NCBI GenBank assembly: GCA_964391675.1
Contig: CAYMMX010000006.1
Coordinates: forward strand, 33,546-97,545
DNA length: 64,000 nt
Direction: 5' to 3'
DNA from: an uncultured Muribaculaceae bacterium
GTDB lineage: Bacteria > Cyanobacteriota > Vampirovibrionia > Gastranaerophilales > Gastranaerophilaceae
A program made the translations under genes and the position numbers. Each line of letters begins with the position of its first letter. Position 1 is the first letter of the stretch. Under the pieces are notes generated by a model, which saw nothing but the letters and a program-made list of their open reading frames with translations, made no database searches and was not told the DNA's origin. Shown in pieces: positions 57,416-64,000 of the stretch.

Positions 57416-59893
57416 TTAGTATATCTGATGAACAGATTCGTCACCTAATAACATTATAACATGTTTTAATTCATTTTTAAAGTCCCATGGGGCTTTAATA
57501 TTAGACGCTCTTTCCCATATTACAATGTCAAGAGTATTATGCTTGCCTAAGAATTCATTTATCAGATAAAATTTTTCCTGTAATGCTTTGTCCTGACTGT
57601 TTTTTAAATATCTTCCTATTTTAATTCCGTTTAAAAATATTGTTGCTCTATCGTATGGGAAATCTTTAAACATTAAATATTTTGAAAAAATAACATTATC
57701 TTTAAATTCAATATCAAAAGACGATGAAAGTTTTACTAAGTAAGGATTAACGCTTTCTCCAAAATCACCTCTTTCAAAAGATAATTTTTCTTGAACACTA
57801 AATTCAATTTCACAATCAGGATTAACAGCAAACCCAACCAATCCTCTCGGATGATTTGTTTCACCCGAAAAACCTTTATCAAAACCTAAATTTTGAACAA
57901 GTATCGTTAATTCATTTCGTTCAAGATTCAAAATGGTTTCATCTAAAGGTATACAAATTGTTTCTTCAATTTGCTGAAGTTTCTCATATTTATAGCTGTT
58001 TCTGTTTAGAACTTCTTTTGCATTTACATAAACAGAAAATAAATGTCTTGCACTTAATGTAATTTCTTTTACAACTTTTGGTATTTTAGCTTTATACCAA
58101 ATAAATTCATCATACTTTCCAACAGAAAGACTATCTGTTTGTTTCTTAACTTTATCCCAATTAGAATAATTATATCCGGTATCAATTTCCGGTGCACAAA
58201 AACTAACTTCAAAATCTTTTAACTCAATTATTTTTGACTCTTGTTCAAATTTAAAATATTTTTTAGAAAATCCGTTAATCAAATCAAAATAAGCAACTTC
58301 TGTTGTCTTTGAAAGCGCAATTCTACCGTTAGAATAAACAAAATCCGAATTAAAAATAACTCTGTCATTTATAATCCAAGTCTTATCAGCAAGTTCTTTT
58401 GTCAAAAATAAAAATTGAGTAGTCTTGCCATCTTTTTCATATTTTAAATTCTCATAATTTTGTTTATTCGCAGAAATTTTAATCTTTTCTCCGTTAACAT
58501 TCAAATATATATTTGAATCTTTATTTGAAATAATAAAAACAACTTCTTCATTCTCATTTCTAACTCGTGCAAAAATCTCGGCATCAGAAAACTCTATCTT
58601 ACAAGTATTTAACTGTAAATTTTCGGGAATAATTTTCATATCATAAGGATTAATAGAAAAATCAAAAGAATTAATTGAAGATTCTAGCTTTTCGGGGTTC
58701 ATGTTTCTTATAAATAACCAATTACAATTATTTTCATAATCTTTTCTTCTTACAGCGTAAATATCTTGCCCCAAATCTAAGTTTTCACGTTCACCTGTAT
58801 CTGTAAGTCCAAATGAATTTAAAAAATAATTAATAGCTTTTGCTCTATAAAAATTGGGATGAATATTCCCATATTCATCAATTCCTGCGGTAAATTCATA
58901 ACTTGTGTAAACTTCGTCACACGCCAAATCATCCCAAGAAGTCCCCCCAATTGCCATATAATGATTAAACATTGTACATCCTTGTGATATAGCCGTTTTA
59001 GTCATTATATTTATATGTTCATCACCTAAAGCTTCTCGCATTGCGCTATAACCGATTCCATCCCATTTATCAAACCAACCGCCCTGCATTTCTGCTATAA
59101 AGATGGGGGCATTTTCTTTTACAGAACGAACCATATCTTCAAGATTATCTACTGTATCAAAACAAAAATGATCTTGTTTCCAATTTTGATTTGGATTTAT
59201 ATATGGATAAATATCACAAGCATAAATATCAATTATATCTGCCCAAAGACCTGCATTATAAGCATCATTATGAAAAATAGGGCATTTGATACCTCTATCA
59301 CGAGCCATTTTATACAGTTCCTGCATATACTCTTCATTCATATCATCTGTTGCATATTCGTTTTCTATTTGGAATGCAATTACATTATCAAACTTATTAA
59401 TTATAGGAATAGTTTTGTCATACCATTCATTTATAAATTTCATGTACTCTGGCGAATAATGATATTCTGAGCCTATTCTGTTTCTCGGAATAACATTTTT
59501 ATCTCTTAATACCCAAAAAGGCAATCCACCAGCATTAACTTCTGCATTAATAAATGGACCGGGACGGGCAATAACAAAAAGACCAACCTCTTTTGCAACC
59601 TCTAAAATTTCTGTTACATCTTTTATTCCGTTAAAATCGTATTCATGCTCATTTCTTGAATGATAATTAGCATTAAAATAAAAATCAACCGTATTATATC
59701 CGGCTGCTTTCAATTTCATGAATCTATCTTTAGCAGCATGCACTCCCGGAGTTCTGAAATAATGAAAAGCTCCGCTTCTTATAAACACTCGATTACCATC
59801 AATTATTAATGAGCTCTTGTCAAAATTTATCTGCATTTCTCTATTCTGCAATATTTTTTGAATTTTTGCAAATTTTTTGAAATCTGTTAACAT
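57416..59893 (-). CDS. glycoside hydrolase family 35 beta-galactosidase
   Basis: 'SGAFHYFRTP', 'RPGPFINAEVNAGGLPFWV' and 'QIENEY' (acid/base Glu). 825 aa with C-terminal beta-sandwich domains. Confidence 0.88.
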   Translation of the reverse strand: MLTDFKKFAKIQKILQNREMQINFDKSSLIIDGNRVFIRSGAFHYFRTPGVHAAKDRFMKLKAAGYNTVDFYFNANYHSRNEHEYDFNGIKDVTEILEVAKEVGLFVIARPGPFINAEVNAGGLPFWVLRDKNVIPRNRIGSEYHYSPEYMKFINEWYDKTIPIINKFDNVIAFQIENEYATDDMNEEYMQELYKMARDRGIKCPIFHNDAYNAGLWADIIDIYACDIYPYINPNQNWKQDHFCFDTVDNLEDMVRSVKENAPIFIAEMQGGWFDKWDGIGYSAMREALGDEHINIMTKTAISQGCTMFNHYMAIGGTSWDDLACDEVYTSYEFTAGIDEYGNIHPNFYRAKAINYFLNSFGLTDTGERENLDLGQDIYAVRRKDYENNCNWLFIRNMNPEKLESSINSFDFSINPYDMKIIPENLQLNTCKIEFSDAEIFARVRNENEEVVFIISNKDSNIYLNVNGEKIKISANKQNYENLKYEKDGKTTQFLFLTKELADKTWIINDRVIFNSDFVYSNGRIALSKTTEVAYFDLINGFSKKYFKFEQESKIIELKDFEVSFCAPEIDTGYNYSNWDKVKKQTDSLSVGKYDEFIWYKAKIPKVVKEITLSARHLFSVYVNAKEVLNRNSYKYEKLQQIEETICIPLDETILNLERNELTILVQNLGFDKGFSGETNHPRGLVGFAVNPDCEIEFSVQEKLSFERGDFGESVNPYLVKLSSSFDIEFKDNVIFSKYLMFKDFPYDRATIFLNGIKIGRYLKNSQDKALQEKFYLINEFLGKHNTLDIVIWERASNIKAPWDFKNELKHVIMLLGDESVHQIY

Positions 59894-59921
59894 TAATGAT
59901 TTTTTGGATTAAAATAATAAA

Positions 59922-61271
59922 ATGGAATTGAATTTAAAAGAAATTTTGAAAGCTACTAAAGCTAAAATACTTAAAAATGAAACAGACGAAAATACTAAAT
60001 TTAACTTTTCGACAGATACAAGAACAATAAAAAAAGGTGAAATATACCTACCTTTAAAAGGTGAATTTTTTGATGGTGAAAAATTTATTAAAAAGGCTTT
60101 AGAAGCAGGTGCTGCCGGGTTTTTTTGTACAGAAGAAAAAAATTTATTAGGAAATGAAAAATCTAATCTGATTTTGAAAGTTAATAATACATTAATTACT
60201 TATTTGGAATTAGCGCGATTTTGCAAACGCAAAATTGCACCCAAAACTATTGCAATAACAGGAAGTAGCGGAAAAACAACAACAAAGGAAATGGCATTTT
60301 GTGTCGCTAAGGAGAAATTCACAACACACAAGTCAGAGCTAAACTATAATAATGAAATTGGTTTATGTAAAACAATGTTATCTATGCCGGAAAAAACTGA
60401 AGTTTTAATTTTAGAAATGGGAATGAGAGGTTTAGGGGAAATTGAATTGTTGTCAAAATATTCAGAACCGGATATTGGGATAATTTCAAATGTGGGTTCC
60501 GCACATATAGGACGTTTGGGTTCAAAAGAAAATATTGCAAAAGCTAAATGCGAAATTATTAACCATATAAAAAATAATGGGACACTAATAGCAAATGATG
60601 ATGAATTTATTAAGGCACAGCAATGTAACAATACTGAAATACAAAATATTTATTTTTCTTTAGCTTCTGCAAAAATTTTAAAACGTTCCATTGGTCATTC
60701 GATATTTAAATACAAAGGATTTGAATATGAATTAAATATCGAAGGTGATTATAATATTCAAAATGCCCTTGCCGTAATTGAAATGGGAAAAAAATTAGGA
60801 TTATCTGAAGATATAATAGCAAAAGGTCTAAAAAACTACTCTCCCATAGAAAAACGCTGGGAAATAGAAAATATTAAAGGTTTTAAAGTAATAAATGACA
60901 GCTATAATGCAAATCCCGAATCAATGCAGGCAGCTATTAAAACAGCTATGGATATATATATACCTTCGCTAACGTTAGTATTAGGTGACATGGGTGAACT
61001 TGGGAATGAAGAAATTAAATATCATAAAGAAATTGGCGATTTCCTTGCTCAAAATTATATAGAAGGTATTAGTATTATTACTGTCGGAAAACTTGCAAAT
61101 CAAATATCAAAGGTTTTAGAAAAAAAAGGTATTTATTCTAAAAATTTTAATGATAATATTAATACAGCACAATATATCTTAAAAAACATAAAACCTGAAT
61201 CAACTATTATATTAAAAGCTTCTCGTTCTATGAAATTTGAAGAAATAATAAATGAAATGAAGAAAAACTAA
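59922..61271 (+). CDS. murF: UDP-N-acetylmuramoyl-tripeptide--D-alanyl-D-alanine ligase
   Basis: 'ITGSSGKTTTKEM', 'NYNNEIG', 'DSYNANP'. It sits upstream of mraY. Confidence 0.9.
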   Translation: MELNLKEILKATKAKILKNETDENTKFNFSTDTRTIKKGEIYLPLKGEFFDGEKFIKKALEAGAAGFFCTEEKNLLGNEKSNLILKVNNTLITYLELARFCKRKIAPKTIAITGSSGKTTTKEMAFCVAKEKFTTHKSELNYNNEIGLCKTMLSMPEKTEVLILEMGMRGLGEIELLSKYSEPDIGIISNVGSAHIGRLGSKENIAKAKCEIINHIKNNGTLIANDDEFIKAQQCNNTEIQNIYFSLASAKILKRSIGHSIFKYKGFEYELNIEGDYNIQNALAVIEMGKKLGLSEDIIAKGLKNYSPIEKRWEIENIKGFKVINDSYNANPESMQAAIKTAMDIYIPSLTLVLGDMGELGNEEIKYHKEIGDFLAQNYIEGISIITVGKLANQISKVLEKKGIYSKNFNDNINTAQYILKNIKPESTIILKASRSMKFEEIINEMKKN

Positions 61272-61314
61272 TTTTGAAAGGGGCGAAGTTAAATTCGTTA
61301 AAAGGTAAATATAT

Positions 61315-62271
61315 ATGATAATGATAACAGTAGCATTTCTTTTAGGACTTATATTTTGTCTTCTTTTTGGTGTACCATATATTGAATTTTTAATGAAAAA
61401 TCAATACACTCAATACATAAAAGATGTTGCGCCTGAAACACATAAAGAAAAATCTGGAACACCCACAACCGGAGGAGTATTTATTGTTGGAGCAATAATA
61501 ATTTCTTCTATAATATCCTTACTATTAGCTGAAAAATTAACTCCTATATCCTTAATTGTATTGATAACATTACTATTTTATACTCTTGCAGGTTATCAGG
61601 ATGATATCCTAAAAATAAAAGGCAAAGCAAATAAAGGATTATCAGCTAAAGGTAAATTAATGAGACAAATTGGTATAGCCTTGTTACCGGCACTATACAT
61701 TACAATGACAGGAAACACTTCTATTGATATCGGTGGAATAAATTTTAATTTATATTGGTTATACCCTGTATTAGCAGTATTTCTAATCACCGGATTTTCT
61801 AATGCATTTAATTTAACAGATGGATTAGACGGGCTTGCGGCCTCAGTGGGAGTTCCTGTTTTCTTAGCAATAGTAGCAATAACACAAATGAAATTTACAC
61901 CCGAAATAGCAATTATAGCCGCTTCTACAGCAGGAGCACTTTTAGGGTTCCTTAGATATAACAGTGCAAAAGCACTGGTTTTTATGGGAGATACCGGTTC
62001 TTTGGCAATCGGAGGGTTACTTGGGACACTTGCCGTTATGGGAAAAATAGAATTTTTTATTCTTATAATTGCAGGAGTATTTGTAATAGAAACATTATCA
62101 GTAATAATTCAAGTAGCAAGTTTTAAAAGAACAGGAAAAAGGGTTTTTAAAATGGCTCCTTTGCATCATCATTTTGAACTTGAAGGTTGGAGTGAGAAAA
62201 AAATAGTTGATTACTTTACCGTATTTTCTATTATGTTCTCAATACTTGCTGTTTTTGTTTTTATGAGCTAA
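61315..62271 (+). CDS. mraY: phospho-N-acetylmuramoyl-pentapeptide transferase
   Basis: 'KSGTPTTGG', 'NAFNLTDGLDGLA', 'GDTGSLAIGG' and 'APLHHHFE'. Confidence 0.95.
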   Translation: MIMITVAFLLGLIFCLLFGVPYIEFLMKNQYTQYIKDVAPETHKEKSGTPTTGGVFIVGAIIISSIISLLLAEKLTPISLIVLITLLFYTLAGYQDDILKIKGKANKGLSAKGKLMRQIGIALLPALYITMTGNTSIDIGGINFNLYWLYPVLAVFLITGFSNAFNLTDGLDGLAASVGVPVFLAIVAITQMKFTPEIAIIAASTAGALLGFLRYNSAKALVFMGDTGSLAIGGLLGTLAVMGKIEFFILIIAGVFVIETLSVIIQVASFKRTGKRVFKMAPLHHHFELEGWSEKKIVDYFTVFSIMFSILAVFVFMS

Positions 62272-62293
62272 AAATAGACTAGGGGAGATAGAG

Positions 62294-63664
62294 TTGAATT
62301 GGTATAATAAAAAAGTATTAATACTCGGCTTGTCAAAAAGTGGAATTTCAGCTGCAAAATACTTAAACAAACATGGCGCTGATGTTTTTATAACAGAACT
62401 TAAAAAAAACAGTAATGAAGATAATATAAAAATTCAAGAACTTAATAAATTAGGAATTCAAGTTGAAACAGGTGGGCATTCAAAGGATTTTATTAATAAC
62501 TCATACATTGCTGTCACAAGCCCCGGAATACCACCTTCAAGTGAAATTTTCAAAATGCTTAAAAATGAAAATATTCCTATAATTTCTGAAATAGAACTCG
62601 CATATAAAGAAGGTACAAAGCCATTTATTGCAGTAACCGGAACAAATGGAAAAACAACAACTACAGCATTAATATCACATATCTTGAGTGAAGAATTTAA
62701 AGCCCCTGCTTGCGGGAACATAGGAAACCCTCCTTGTGATTTAATTGACGAAGATATAGATTATTTTATCTGTGAAATGAGCTCCTACCAAATAGCCCTG
62801 AGTAACTCTATTCAACCTCAAATAGCCTGTTGGCTTAATTTTACACCAGATCATCTTGAATGGCATGAGGGACTGGAAAATTATTTTGAGGCAAAAGCAA
62901 AACTTTTTAAAAGTCCTCAAAATCCTGCTTTTGCAATATTTAACGGTAGTGATGAAAAATTACTGGAGTTTTCTAAAACTTGTCCGAGTGATGTTTTTCT
63001 TTTTGCAAAAGAAACTGATGGAAATTGTTGTTATATAAAAGATAATTCTATATATTTTAAAAGAAAAAAGAACTTGTCATTAGCAAAAGAGGAATTTATT
63101 ATTGATATTAAGGACTCTCCATTAGTTGGGGAACATAATTATCAAAACATAATGTGCGCAGTAATTGTTGCAAAAATTATTGGACTAGACAATGAAAAAA
63201 TTAAATCAGCAATTAAATCCTTTAAAGCACCGCCTCATAGACTTGAATTTGTTAGAAATTATAAAGGAATTAATTTTTATAACGATTCTAAAGCTACAAA
63301 TCCCGAAGCTGCAATTGTAGCAATTAAATCTTTTAATAATACCAATGTAATACTAATTGCCGGGGGCAGGGATAAAAATACAAATCTGACTGAATTTTGC
63401 AAAGAAATAAAAGACCATATCAAAACTGTAATATTAATTGGAGAAGCTGCTGAAAGATTTGCACAAAACTTGAATAAGAATGGTTTTAATAATATAATTT
63501 TTGAAAGGTCAACTGATAAAGGGCTGGAAAATGCTATTGATAAGGCAATAGAACTAAACCCTCAGGTAATTCTTCTATCACCTGCCTGTGCAAGTTTTGA
63601 TATGTTTACAAGTTATGAAAATCGAGGAGAAATTTTTAAAGAATATGTCTTATCAAAGAATTAG
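62294..63664 (+). CDS. murD: UDP-N-acetylmuramoylalanine--D-glutamate ligase (TTG start)
   Basis: 'VTGTNGKTTTT', 'HRLE' and 'NDSKATN'. GGGGAG lies upstream of the TTG. Confidence 0.93.
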   Translation: MNWYNKKVLILGLSKSGISAAKYLNKHGADVFITELKKNSNEDNIKIQELNKLGIQVETGGHSKDFINNSYIAVTSPGIPPSSEIFKMLKNENIPIISEIELAYKEGTKPFIAVTGTNGKTTTTALISHILSEEFKAPACGNIGNPPCDLIDEDIDYFICEMSSYQIALSNSIQPQIACWLNFTPDHLEWHEGLENYFEAKAKLFKSPQNPAFAIFNGSDEKLLEFSKTCPSDVFLFAKETDGNCCYIKDNSIYFKRKKNLSLAKEEFIIDIKDSPLVGEHNYQNIMCAVIVAKIIGLDNEKIKSAIKSFKAPPHRLEFVRNYKGINFYNDSKATNPEAAIVAIKSFNNTNVILIAGGRDKNTNLTEFCKEIKDHIKTVILIGEAAERFAQNLNKNGFNNIIFERSTDKGLENAIDKAIELNPQVILLSPACASFDMFTSYENRGEIFKEYVLSKN

Positions 63665-64000
63665 CAACAGAAGACCATCTAATTATGAACCTCAAATGAG
63701 TGTAATAATTTCATCTCCAGACAGAACACTTCTGGTAGTAGTTGCTTTTTTAGTAATTCTTGGTCTTATGTCAATTTTTTCAGCAAGTGCACCAAAATGT
63801 ATGGAAATGGGAACAAACCCTGCAGGATTTGTTTTTAACCAATTAATTTTCTTAATTTTAGGATTAATAGGAATGAATTTTTTTACAAGATTTGACTACA
63901 AAAATCTTGTTGCGTGGACTATGCCTTTTCTGTTTTTTGTCTTACTAATGTTAATATTAGTCAATTTCACTCCTCTAGGAGTAACAGTAAACGGAGCAAG
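63644..64000 (+). CDS. ftsW: SEDS-family peptidoglycan polymerase FtsW/RodA-like, N-terminal part; the gene runs off the window end
   Basis: Not in the ORF track. From the ATG at 63644: MSYQRISNRRPSNYEPQMSVIISSPDRTLLVVVAFLVILGLMSIFSASAP... The 'GL.SIFSAS' pattern and the position after murD are typical of ftsW. Confidence 0.8.

Noticed and set aside
1-64000. A whole-window look for CRISPR arrays, rRNA or tRNA genes, transposases or IS elements, reverse transcriptases (retron/DGR) and toxin-antitoxin pairs
   Set aside because: I recognised no regularly spaced direct repeats, no RNA gene signatures, and no DDE, serine or tyrosine recombinase or RT motifs in any ORF. Absence is judged by eye only and should be confirmed with tRNAscan-SE, Infernal, ISEScan and DefenseFinder/PADLOC.

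Overview
This is a strongly AT-rich bacterial chromosome segment with diderm-type envelope genes (GT9 heptosyltransferase, GT8) and flagellar, chemotaxis and c-di-GMP genes. The taxon cannot be assigned from the sequence alone; a low-GC host-associated lineage such as Melainabacteria is only a guess. Most of the window is housekeeping: leuD'-hisB-hisC(HAD fusion), a cell-wall amidase, UDG, an alpha-glucan phosphorylase homologue, comM, speE, proS, gmk-coaBC, deoC, anmK, cobO, MCP-cheW, a GH35 beta-galactosidase, and the start of a dcw cluster (murF-mraY-murD-ftsW'). The unusual content is as follows. (1) An ~11 kb phage-derived island (14.0-25.1 kb) carries endolysin, capsid, scaffold-like, small and large terminase and portal genes in a non-canonical order. 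I recognised no integrase, replication, repressor or tail genes and no att repeats, so it is a candidate GTA-like or tail-less capsid island, sitting next to comM. (2) Four tightly packed, diverged tandem paralogues of a GT-C (GT39/ArnT/PMT-like) membrane glycosyltransferase share a private C-terminal domain (32.9-40.0 kb). They abut fliA-flhB and a fifth GT-C gene. (3) A single-chain nuclease-methylase-specificity R-M fusion lies at 9.7-12.2 kb. (4) Several enzyme homologues have substituted hallmark residues or unusual domain orders: a phosphorylase without the PLP lysine, a PurD-like protein without GGREHA/RFGDPE, a radical SAM protein with an N-terminal SPASM/twitch-like motif, and a HisC-HAD fusion. 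(5) A gene-poor stretch holds a candidate RNA, bounded by a promoter and a hairpin, upstream of anmK. I recognised no rRNA, tRNA, CRISPR array, transposase or integrase. All homology calls come from motif recognition by eye; no searches were run.
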